Source: a virus (lineage: Duplodnaviria > Caudoviricetes). From it: DNA of 29,078 nucleotides. Below are positions 8,057 through 15,524 of this stretch, piece by piece. Both the position numbers and the translations under genes were made by a program. The notes beneath the pieces were generated by a model. That model was given only the letters and a program-made list of their open reading frames with translations, was not told where the DNA came from and searched no databases. The stretch is from the IMG/VR virus record IMGVR_UViG_3300037419_000157, positions 1 through 29,078 of that record. One strand, written 5' to 3'. Within the stretch, counting starts at the first letter, position 1. Each line of letters begins with the position of its first letter.

Positions 8057-8635
8057 GTGTTGAATAAAGCAGTTGAATTTACTATCCGTGGTACCATCGA
8101 TTGGTGCAAACTTCTCGGAGAAGCCCGACCTTATACCGGCGACCCGAAGTTCAATAAGGGTCCGACTTGGTCGGTTGAAATCAACCCTAACGAGGAGTCG
8201 CGGAAGAAGCTAGCCGAGTACGGTCTTGACGAAAAGCTCAAGATGGACAAGGCTAAGAAGAAGGACGGGACACCTACTAAGAACCCCCGTTCGTACGACT
8301 ATCTACGTCTCACTATCCTTGAGAATCTTCCGAGCGGCAAGAAGATGAAGCAGCCGGAGGTTAAGGACGCCAGTGGCGCTCTATGGAACCAAGAGACAGA
8401 AATCGGTAACGGTTCCGTTGCAGACATCCTAGTTCGTTATGTCGATTACGGCACGACGAAGGGTCTGTACTTCAAGAAGATGCGTGTACTCAAACTTGTT
8501 CCATACGAGGGCGGCACGGACTTCGAGCCGCTGTCTGAAGACGACGAATTCTTCGCTAGCTCTGAGAATGATGTCGATAACGAGCCGGGTTCCGGCGAGT
8601 TGATGACCAACGGTCTAGACGACATTCCTGAGTAA
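8057..8635 (+). CDS. Single-stranded DNA-binding protein (T7 gp2.5-like)
   Basis: IGNGSVA...MRVLKLVPY OB-fold signature, acidic tail, and position after the polymerase. Start is GTG 8057 or TTG 8060. Confidence 0.8.
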   Translation: MLNKAVEFTIRGTIDWCKLLGEARPYTGDPKFNKGPTWSVEINPNEESRKKLAEYGLDEKLKMDKAKKKDGTPTKNPRSYDYLRLTILENLPSGKKMKQPEVKDASGALWNQETEIGNGSVADILVRYVDYGTTKGLYFKKMRVLKLVPYEGGTDFEPLSEDDEFFASSENDVDNEPGSGELMTNGLDDIPE

Positions 8636-8716
8636 CACAGGTGGTCTGGCATGTGCCGTGACATGCTCGTTGTGGTCCCGAGACGTAAATCGGGACAGCA
8701 TATTAGAAAGAGGCAT

Positions 8717-9049
8717 ATGAACGACAACAACGCGATGCCAAAAGGCGTCCATGAACTCCCTCGCAGCTATGACATCTACGCCACCCTTAAGCAGGAGCGT
8801 CAGTACCAGACTGCGAAGTGGGGCAATGAAGCTGACGACACGATGAATACCCCGAATGATTTCGTTAGCTATATCAGTAATTACTCGACTAAGTGGTTTC
8901 CGGGCGGGTTTGCTCCATATGATACCAAGACTGTCGATGAGTTCCGTATCTCGATGCTTAAGACGGCTGCTCTAGCTATTGCAGCAGTTGAGTCGATTGA
9001 CCGTCAGCGCGAAGAGGCGGGTCACACATTCTATGAGGTCTGTAATTAA
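8717..9049 (+). CDS. MazG-like all-alpha protein (possibly catalytically degenerate)
   Basis: ERQYQTAKWG...MLKTAALAIAAVESIDR resembles phage MazG-like proteins, but the EE metal motif is not evident. ATG 8717 follows GAGG. Confidence 0.5.
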   Translation: MNDNNAMPKGVHELPRSYDIYATLKQERQYQTAKWGNEADDTMNTPNDFVSYISNYSTKWFPGGFAPYDTKTVDEFRISMLKTAALAIAAVESIDRQREEAGHTFYEVCN

Positions 9050-9303
9050 TGTTTGGATGGTTTTTGAAATCTCAGCCACTGTTTTCTGTCAAGGTTACCA
9101 AGACTGAACAGCACCCTCTTGGCCTAGACGATCACGAGTTTGGTGAGTCGGTTGACGGAACCGCTCGTATTCGTCAGATGAAGAATGGGAAGTTTCGCCT
9201 TCTCGTAAATCAGAACGAGGTAGTCGGTACTTATTCTCGGAAGCGTGACGCCATTCGTGGCGCTATGCGGAAGGGTCTGACTGTTCTAGGAGAAGCCAAT
9301 TGA
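9049..9303 (+). CDS. Hypothetical protein
   Basis: TAATG-coupled ORF with a basic C-terminal half. Confidence 0.65.
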   Translation: MFGWFLKSQPLFSVKVTKTEQHPLGLDDHEFGESVDGTARIRQMKNGKFRLLVNQNEVVGTYSRKRDAIRGAMRKGLTVLGEAN

Positions 9304-9572
9304 CTGCAATTGTAACTGTAGAAGCCAAGGATGAAATTCTTATGGTTAGCTCCAATGGCTTCACCAAGGAGTTTAACGAAGACGGAACGCTGAAGTCTTC
9401 TCATTCTAACTCTTCGTTGGTTCGTCTTGAACCCGGCCAGAAGGGCACATATTCTGTCTACAAGGGTGCCAGCCTTAGCGTCCGGGTGGCTAGTAAATAT
9501 GACCTGAAGCCCCGCAAGGAAGCTTCTAACTCTGACGATGAAGTTGGCATTGAAGAGGCGCTTGATTTCTAA
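9300..9572 (+). CDS. Hypothetical beta-rich protein with acidic tail
   Basis: AGGAG RBS, TTG start, coupled at both ends. Confidence 0.65.
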   Translation: MTAIVTVEAKDEILMVSSNGFTKEFNEDGTLKSSHSNSSLVRLEPGQKGTYSVYKGASLSVRVASKYDLKPRKEASNSDDEVGIEEALDF

Positions 9573-10429
9573 TGGACCCTAGTACTCTCCCTGAGGACAT
9601 CTATCGTGTCCTAGACGAGAGGAACGATCACGAAGTCTCCGAAGAAAACGTCGAATGGGCGGGGGAGGTCTTCATGGACCTCCTCCGTACTCGATTGAAA
9701 AAGAAAGAGCAGAAGGTAGGGGAGAAGTCCCTTAGGTTCTCGGCACTCGGAAAACAGGATAGGCAGATATGGTATGCCGCCAACAAACCGGAATGTGCAG
9801 AACCGCTTCAGCCGAAACAGAATTTTAAGTTCCTATACGGCGACGTCCTTGAAGTCCTTCTGCTTTTCCTAGCTAAGGAAGCAGGACATGAAGTCACTCA
9901 CGAACAATACGAAGTCGAAGCAGACGGAGTCAAAGGGCATATGGATGCCTGTATCGACGGCGTACCTGTGGATTGCAAGTCTGCTTCTTCTTTCGGCTTC
10001 GACAAGTTTCAGTCAGGGTCGTTTATATTCGATGACCCATTCGGCTATATCAAGCAACTGTCTGGTTACGCCCATTCGATAGAAAAGACTGATCGTGCTG
10101 GCTTTCTAGTTGCTGACAAAGTCCATGGAGATATCTGTTTTGCAGAAATCGACAATTACACTATTAAGGCAAATCCTCCGAAGCCCAGAGTACAAGAACT
10201 TCGAGAGGTGGTCGCATCGGCAGTTCCTCCAGCTCGCTGCTACAGAGATGTTCCTGAAGGGAAATCTGGAAATAGAAAGCTTTCTCTCGGATGTTCATAC
10301 TGCGCTTTCAAAGAAGACTGCTGGAAAGATGCCAATGGCGGAAGAGGGCTAAGGAAGTTCATCTACGCGAAGGGTCCTGTATGGCTCACGAAGGTGGTGA
10401 AGGAGCCTAAGGTTGACGAAAGCGCGTGA
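9572..10429 (+). CDS. Cas4-like PD-(D/E)XK exonuclease
   Basis: LRFSALG..RQIWY, GHMD...VDCKSAS, QLSGY and CSYCAFKEDC motifs. Confidence 0.85.
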   Translation: MDPSTLPEDIYRVLDERNDHEVSEENVEWAGEVFMDLLRTRLKKKEQKVGEKSLRFSALGKQDRQIWYAANKPECAEPLQPKQNFKFLYGDVLEVLLLFLAKEAGHEVTHEQYEVEADGVKGHMDACIDGVPVDCKSASSFGFDKFQSGSFIFDDPFGYIKQLSGYAHSIEKTDRAGFLVADKVHGDICFAEIDNYTIKANPPKPRVQELREVVASAVPPARCYRDVPEGKSGNRKLSLGCSYCAFKEDCWKDANGGRGLRKFIYAKGPVWLTKVVKEPKVDESA

Positions 10430-10814
10430 ATACCATCTCCTTCGAAAGTACGGGATAACAGAAGAACAGTATGAAGAACTCCTCGCTGAACAAGAGGGCT
10501 GTTGCGCTGTTTGCAAGCAGCACCACACTTCGTTCCCCCGGAAGCTGGCGGTTGACCACAATCATCGAACGGGAGAAATCAGAGGGTTGCTCTGCACCTA
10601 TTGCAATCACAGGTTGGTGGGGAGGCATACTGACCCTGAATTACTACTTTCCGTTTCTGAATACTTAAGGAAAACTACGGGACTGTTTGTCCCCAAAAAG
10701 AAAAGAAGGCGGGTAGCTAAGTCTGCCAGAAAGCCTCGAAAGGAAAGAACATCTCGTGGTAAAACTGCCAGACCAAAACGTCCTAATTCTAGACATCGAG
10801 TGGAAGCCAACTAA
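10413..10814 (+). CDS. Recombination endonuclease VII-like nuclease
   Basis: YGIT.EQYEELL.EQEG.CAVC...LAVDHNH.TGEIRGLLCTYCN signature. Very basic tail. Confidence 0.88.
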   Translation: MTKAREYHLLRKYGITEEQYEELLAEQEGCCAVCKQHHTSFPRKLAVDHNHRTGEIRGLLCTYCNHRLVGRHTDPELLLSVSEYLRKTTGLFVPKKKRRRVAKSARKPRKERTSRGKTARPKRPNSRHRVEAN

Positions 10815-11478
10815 GGCTTATGTATGGGGGCCATTCAAACAATACATCTCTGATCCCGCGATAATTGAAGACGGCGGCTTACTCTGCGTCGGATTGAAAT
10901 GGTTAGGCAAGCCGGGCGTGATGGTGTTCTCCGAGTGGGAGCACGGTCATGAAGAGATGATTAAGCTCACTTACGAGCAAATGGAGAAGGCCGACGTCAT
11001 CGTCGGATTTAACTCCGATAAGTTCGATCTTCCGAAGCTCCTAGGCGAAGGCGTCCTTCACGGTATCTCTCCTGTCGCTCCTACGACTTCAATCGATCTC
11101 TACAAAGCAGTCAAGAAGTTCGGATTTTTTAGAAGCAGCTTAGGTCACGTTGCTCCCTTCCTCCGCATTGGAAAGAAGATCGAGCATGAGGGAATGGCTC
11201 TGTGGGTAAAGGTAATCAATGGCGACGAATCCGCTCAGCGAAGAATGGCAAGATATTGTGGACAAGACGTCCGACTTACTGAGCGACTATATCTCAAAAT
11301 TCGACCATATATCCGAAATCACCCTCACTTGGGTAAGACCGGACATGACCAATGCCCCTCATGCGGAGGCTCGCATTCTCACAGTCGAGGAACAGTCAGA
11401 ACCCGTGTCTTCAAGAAACAGCGGCTTCAGTGTCAAGATTGTGGGCATTGGTATTTTGGAAAGCAGTCAAAAATCTAA
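10756..11478 (+). CDS. RNase H-fold/DnaQ-like 3'-5' exonuclease with C-terminal Zn ribbon
   Basis: LDIE, VGFNSDKFD and YCGQDV motifs, plus CPSC...CQDC. Confidence 0.85.
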   Translation: MVKLPDQNVLILDIEWKPTKAYVWGPFKQYISDPAIIEDGGLLCVGLKWLGKPGVMVFSEWEHGHEEMIKLTYEQMEKADVIVGFNSDKFDLPKLLGEGVLHGISPVAPTTSIDLYKAVKKFGFFRSSLGHVAPFLRIGKKIEHEGMALWVKVINGDESAQRRMARYCGQDVRLTERLYLKIRPYIRNHPHLGKTGHDQCPSCGGSHSHSRGTVRTRVFKKQRLQCQDCGHWYFGKQSKI

Positions 11479-11939
11479 TGGACGAGCAGGTTTTCACACC
11501 CCTACTGGACAAGTGGGACAGAAGGTGGATGAAAGCAGCCCACGAGACAGCGAGCTGGTCAAAGGACCCCTCGACGAAGGTAGGGTGCGTAATCGTCGAA
11601 CCCGAAAGCCAAAGAAGGACGGGTGAGGGATTCAATGGCTTTCCGCGTTTTATGTCTGATGACCCTGCTCTCTACGCTGATCGCGAGACTAAGTATGCAC
11701 GGACACTTCACGCTGAACTGAACGCAGTTTTATTCGCCAAGAAGACAGAAGGATGTACAGCTTATGTCACACACCCACCTTGCACAGCTTGCAGTCTTGT
11801 TCTTATTCAGTCTGGTATTAGTCGTGTCGTGGCACTACGACCAAGCAATGATCTCCTCACTAGGTGGGAAGATTCAATCAAAAAGGCCAAAGGCTTCTTC
11901 GACGAAGCCGAAGTAGAATATGAGTTAGTGGATGGATGA
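11478..11939 (+). CDS. dCMP deaminase
   Basis: SKDPSTKVGC, GFNGFP, HAELNA and PCTAC motifs. Start reassigned to the TAATG-coupled ATG at 11478. Confidence 0.92.
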   Translation: MDEQVFTPLLDKWDRRWMKAAHETASWSKDPSTKVGCVIVEPESQRRTGEGFNGFPRFMSDDPALYADRETKYARTLHAELNAVLFAKKTEGCTAYVTHPPCTACSLVLIQSGISRVVALRPSNDLLTRWEDSIKKAKGFFDEAEVEYELVDG

Positions 11940-12087
11940 ACGTCTTAAAAGAGTAGCTGACTTCTTTGAAGGGTGGGAGCTTATCCAGCTACTGGATATC
12001 CCTGCCAATGATATCCTTGAGGCGTTTTGTGACGAGATTGAGGACAAGCTAGAAGCGCTAGAAGAGATTATGGAGTTTCATGACTAA
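11932..12087 (+). CDS. 51-aa acidic hypothetical protein (not in the ORF track)
   Basis: MDERLKRVADFFEGWELIQLLDIPANDILEAFCDEIEDKLEALEEIMEFHD exactly fills the gap and overlaps both neighbours. Confidence 0.7.
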   Translation: MDERLKRVADFFEGWELIQLLDIPANDILEAFCDEIEDKLEALEEIMEFHD

Positions 12088-12619
12088 GTGTCTGTATCTA
12101 ATAGGCTCGCTTAGAAACGAGCGAATACCTGAACTCGGTAAGAAAATAAGAAAGGATAACCCCGATTTTGAAGTTTTCGATGACTGGTATTCTGCGGGAC
12201 CTGAAGCAGACGATTGTTGGAAAGCCCATCAACAATCTAAGGGTCTCAATTACCGAGAAGCTCTTAACGGCTATGCGGCGAAGAACGTCTTTGACTTTGA
12301 CAAACGCAACTTGGACCGCAGTTCTCATGCTCTCCTTGTCCTCCCTGCTGGCCGTAGCGGGCACATGGAAATCATGTATGCTTGCTATGGTGTTGGGGCT
12401 AGGACTGCTATTCTTCTAGACGAGACTGACGACCGTTGGGACGTCATGTATCAATTCATCCCTTCTATTCTTCACTCAGAGAAAGAGATCAATAATTGGC
12501 TGACATCGATGCAACCCTCGAAGAAAGGGGAACGCGCTATGGTTCGTTCAAAGAGCATGCAAAGATCAGTCAGTCCATCGTTAGGGCTATGGCCGATTCT
12601 TCCAACTGGTCTAGACTAG
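12080..12619 (+). CDS. Nucleoside 2-deoxyribosyltransferase-like (N-glycosidase fold) protein
   Basis: LYLIGS, F.FD...LD.S and LPAGRSGHME..YA motifs, with the catalytic-position Glu present. Confidence 0.7.
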   Translation: MTKCLYLIGSLRNERIPELGKKIRKDNPDFEVFDDWYSAGPEADDCWKAHQQSKGLNYREALNGYAAKNVFDFDKRNLDRSSHALLVLPAGRSGHMEIMYACYGVGARTAILLDETDDRWDVMYQFIPSILHSEKEINNWLTSMQPSKKGERAMVRSKSMQRSVSPSLGLWPILPTGLD

Positions 12620-12801
12620 ACGATGACATGCGGGAGGCATTTCATATCATCGCCAATAAGATGGGACGAATACTTAATGGCGACCCTTGGTATCACGACA
12701 GTTGGCACGATATCGTGGGCTATGCAAAGCTTGTAGCCGACAGACTAGAACAAGAAGCCGGAGGAACTGGCCAAAATGATCGACACCGAGGTGATGGCTG
12801 A
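12496..12801 (+). CDS. DUF6378-like phage protein (putative nucleotide hydrolase-related)
   Basis: LEERG.RYG.F...K.GRILNGDP...DSWHDIVGYA pattern. TTG start. Confidence 0.7.
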   Translation: MADIDATLEERGTRYGSFKEHAKISQSIVRAMADSSNWSRLDDDMREAFHIIANKMGRILNGDPWYHDSWHDIVGYAKLVADRLEQEAGGTGQNDRHRGDG

Positions 12802-13069
12802 GGGGTGGGAAGATGATATCGACCTCCCCGAAGAGGCCGAAGACGATATCTTCACTGAGATATACGTCGAGACTGCGACTTCGCTGATTTACGAAGTCCA
12901 TATGTTCGATACCTTCTGTCTTGTCCGCCCTGCTTCTCCTAATATGTATGCGGGTGTCAGAAAGCTATCGCATCTAGCGTTCTCGAAGGAGTTCCATGAG
13001 TTCCTAGGAGACCCCGAAGAAGTCAGGAATTATCTCAGAAGCGCGAATATCGATTTCGTGGTTGAGTGA
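12776..13069 (+). CDS. Acidic hypothetical protein
   Basis: GGAGG RBS upstream. Fits the operon tiling. Confidence 0.65.
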   Translation: MIDTEVMAEGWEDDIDLPEEAEDDIFTEIYVETATSLIYEVHMFDTFCLVRPASPNMYAGVRKLSHLAFSKEFHEFLGDPEEVRNYLRSANIDFVVE

Positions 13070-13224
13070 TGAATATTCATTATTACGACGACAAGACTCG
13101 AAGGAAGATCAGAAGGTTAGAGAAAGAGAGGAAAGATGGAGACAAGAGAACAGATCGTAAGCAAGCTTATGGCAGAAAGCGAAAAGCTTCAGTACGACAA
13201 AGACGATCCTCAGAGGATTTATGA
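13069..13224 (+). CDS. 51-aa highly basic hypothetical protein (not in the ORF track)
   Basis: TGATG coupling. Translates MNIHYYDDKTRRKIRRLEKERKDGDKRTDRKQAYGRKRKASVRQRRSSEDL and overlaps the next gene by 89 nt. Confidence 0.35.
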   Translation: MNIHYYDDKTRRKIRRLEKERKDGDKRTDRKQAYGRKRKASVRQRRSSEDL

Positions 13225-13489
13225 CGCTTCAGAGAAAGCCACTCAATCTTTCGTTTCCCTCCTAGGGCTGATAGCTGAATTCAGGGATGAAATCCAGAAG
13301 CCTGTCGATGAAGACTCGGCTGACACCATGAAGCAGATTAGGCAAGACCTAGTCACGATGTATGCCGATACCCTAGTCAATCTACACAAGATAGGAGCGG
13401 TGTTCAGGATTTCCGGAGAGGCATTTGATCGGACAGTAGAATACCTAAGCGGGCCAGAAGAAGCACCGCTAGTTATGGCTGGACTATGA
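13136..13489 (+). CDS. Helical protein, weak MazG/PRA-PH-like resemblance
   Basis: LIAEF...LVTMYAD.LV.L...GAVF....EAFDR spacing recalls all-alpha NTP pyrophosphatases. Last gene of the + arm. Confidence 0.5.
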   Translation: METREQIVSKLMAESEKLQYDKDDPQRIYDASEKATQSFVSLLGLIAEFRDEIQKPVDEDSADTMKQIRQDLVTMYADTLVNLHKIGAVFRISGEAFDRTVEYLSGPEEAPLVMAGL

Positions 13490-13517
13490 GATATCTGAAG
13501 TCCAAAATCTAGATACT

Positions 13518-13559
13518 AAAAAGGCCCGTCAGGATGTTCTCCCGGCGGGCCTTCTTTTG
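13518..13559. terminator. Bidirectional rho-independent terminator
   Basis: AAAAAGGCCCGTCAGGA-tgttc-TCCCGGCGGGCCTTCTTTT: GC-rich stem flanked by A and T tracts between convergent arms. Confidence 0.85.
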
Positions 13560-13572
13560 TCTTCAAGACGAG

Positions 13573-14190
13573 TTATTTATCGCATAGTATTCCATCTGCG
13601 AATTCGAAGTGATAGCTGACTTCTACGCTCCCTCCGGTGACTAGTCCATGAGCGTATCCCCAGATATCCATGACCGGTCCACCTGAAATCCCCGGAGCCT
13701 GATAGCCTAGAAATTCTCTAGCGTGGGCTACGACCATCCCGTCGTCGAACTTGAAGTCCTTCCCGGTATACTTCTTCGTGGCAGTCAGGACGTTGTTACG
13801 GATTATTTCGTGGTTCTGTTCAAACCCTGATATTCCGTAGGCTAGATATTGCTCCCCGGTCTTGAATCTCTCGCAGGAAATATTGATGTAAGGGATGTCG
13901 ATAGGGAGAGTAGGGCCGGTTACTAGTACTAGATCATGTGGCTTATCCCTTTTATAGACCTTCAGCGGCGAGCCGCTTTCTACATCACGGCAGCCGGTGC
14001 CACCGTCCATGACGTGGTTGGCAGTAGCCATTATCTTGTCGCCAATTAGAAACCCTGAGCCAGTCCAGTGATCGCAACGGATTTGCCTGATTGCTGAGAT
14101 GTCTACAGCAGGAGGACGCGTAATGTCTGTGATGAAATCGGTAGGCGTTGGAGTGGAAACGAGAGTCAACGCAACAAGCAAATTAAGCAT
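13573..14190 (-). CDS. Trypsin-like serine protease with N-terminal signal peptide
   Basis: GSGF, ATANHV (His), HDL (Asp) and GISGGPV (Ser). The ATG at 14190 is 1 nt after the endolysin stop and gives MLNLLVALTLVS. Confidence 0.82.
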   Translation of the reverse strand: MLNLLVALTLVSTPTPTDFITDITRPPAVDISAIRQIRCDHWTGSGFLIGDKIMATANHVMDGGTGCRDVESGSPLKVYKRDKPHDLVLVTGPTLPIDIPYINISCERFKTGEQYLAYGISGFEQNHEIIRNNVLTATKKYTGKDFKFDDGMVVAHAREFLGYQAPGISGGPVMDIWGYAHGLVTGGSVEVSYHFEFADGILCDK

Positions 14191-14191
14191 C

Positions 14192-14821
14192 TTAACCGAT
14201 GTATCCTTCCTGTAGTCCTTTAGCGAGTTTACCATTTACTTTCACAAGACATTCAGCTCTAGTAACGAGGTTGTCATGATTGACGTCAAGTCCGGCATTC
14301 TGCCGAAATGTAGTGGGTGTCTTCGCCCTATCGAAAAGAACGAAGCTATCTGGTTGGTTAACCCCCTTGGGCCAAAGTATGGCCATATACAAGTCGCCAA
14401 GGTTGTGGAGGCGACCAGCGTAGGGCTTGAAGTACTCGTATACAAACCGCAGTTGATCCTCTGCGGTCATTGCACCAAGAGCCGCGACGCTTGTACCAAG
14501 ACTCTTCGCCGTCGCTGGCATGAATTGAATGAGGCCGGTTGCACCACTACCGGCAGCGTTCTTGATTGAAGGCGAGAATGTTTCACCGCTTTCCCACGCC
14601 ATACAGGCCATTAGGTCATTGGCATTACAGCCAAGCGAGTCGGCTATCCATAGAACTCGCGCCTTAAACGTAGGAGATACCTTTGCGCCCCACGCAATTT
14701 CGCGATCAGTTTCTTGCTGTTCTGTGGGTAAGTTTTGCTGGTTCGCTAATTCTTCTTGTAGTTCTTTTCGGGCTTGCTCTAGCCACTGAATGGCTGCATT
14801 GATGGAGTCTAGAATGGCCAT
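14192..14821 (-). CDS. Endolysin, lysozyme-like/lytic transglycosylase fold
   Basis: CMAWESG.TFSP, GATGLIQFMP.TA and YMAILWP motifs, with an EF-hand-like LDVNHDNLVTRAE at the C-terminus. Follows the holin. Confidence 0.85.
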   Translation of the reverse strand: MAILDSINAAIQWLEQARKELQEELANQQNLPTEQQETDREIAWGAKVSPTFKARVLWIADSLGCNANDLMACMAWESGETFSPSIKNAAGSGATGLIQFMPATAKSLGTSVAALGAMTAEDQLRFVYEYFKPYAGRLHNLGDLYMAILWPKGVNQPDSFVLFDRAKTPTTFRQNAGLDVNHDNLVTRAECLVKVNGKLAKGLQEGYIG

Positions 14822-15312
14822 GGAATACCCAAAACTTTCTTCTGAGGAATGGCTATGGGGGTCACAGTGGACGTCGCAGGAACTTGCCCTAATGGCTTGC
14901 TATCGGGGACTCCCTTTATCTTTTCCACGGCTCGCATCGTTCCAAAGCCAAGCATCCCAGTTACTAGAGCCATCAATTGACCGGTATCTAGTACGGGGAA
15001 GGTTCCGCTGTAATGGAAGATAACCTTAGCGATCCAGTCAGCGAAGGGCTCAACTACGAAGGAGTAGCCTAGACCGACAGCACCGATCCAGCCCACTGCT
15101 GGTCGCCAACCAGCGACGAACATATTCGCGCTCTTGGCTTCCTCGGTATTAGTCCCTATCTGTCCAAGCATCTCTGCATGGGCACGAGCGTTTTCTTGAT
15201 CTGCAAGAGTGGCAAGATCGAGTTGAAGCTTCGCCTTCATGGCAGGATCAGGGATAGCCTTGTCGACTACCTTTCCTACGATACCGATGATATCTAAAAG
15301 AGGGAAACCCAT
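14809..15312 (-). CDS. Holin (3TM, GTA-holin type)
   Basis: DKAIPDP, EAKS..FVAGWRPAVGW and GMLGFG.MR..EK.KGV signature. Confidence 0.85.
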   Translation of the reverse strand: MGFPLLDIIGIVGKVVDKAIPDPAMKAKLQLDLATLADQENARAHAEMLGQIGTNTEEAKSANMFVAGWRPAVGWIGAVGLGYSFVVEPFADWIAKVIFHYSGTFPVLDTGQLMALVTGMLGFGTMRAVEKIKGVPDSKPLGQVPATSTVTPIAIPQKKVLGIPWPF

Positions 15313-15524
15313 TACTTACCTCCAAAAAAATGGAACACTTGGGTGATAAACCCTACAATCCCTGTGCCAATCAGGGCTGACGCCAACCAGAATGCGCCAG
15401 CTCCCTTGTATCGGAGTTGGAGAAGCTGATCGAGCTTCCCGTCCATCTTATCGACTTTCTCTTCTAGAGCTGATAGTCTTACTTCCACAGCGGTGATACG
15501 CTCCACTTCTGTCATTCTACTCAT
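15312..15524 (-). CDS. Small coiled-coil plus single-TM membrane protein (lysis-associated)
   Basis: Heptad N-terminal half and hydrophobic C-terminal helix. ATGA and TAATG coupled. Confidence 0.7.
   Translation of the reverse strand: MSRMTEVERITAVEVRLSALEEKVDKMDGKLDQLLQLRYKGAGAFWLASALIGTGIVGFITQVFHFFGGK

Noticed and set aside
8636-8716. tRNA or known ribozyme/riboswitch in the intergenic gaps
   Set aside because: No cloverleaf or T-loop consensus, and no match to a family I can recognise. Kept only as unnamed structure candidates.
9572-10429. Cas4-like gene as evidence of a CRISPR-Cas system
   Set aside because: No repeat-spacer array or other cas genes seen. Solo Cas4-like nucleases are common in phage replication modules.
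528-10751. AAAGGAAAGAACA repeated at 528-540 and 10739-10751 before GTG starts
   Set aside because: A few 13-mer matches are expected by chance in 29 kb, and both copies are purine-rich RBS regions.
11352-11477. Long N-terminal extensions in the ORF track (11352, 8651, 14235, 23830)
   Set aside because: Downstream ATGs coupled to the previous stop or with a better RBS fit the domain boundaries better.
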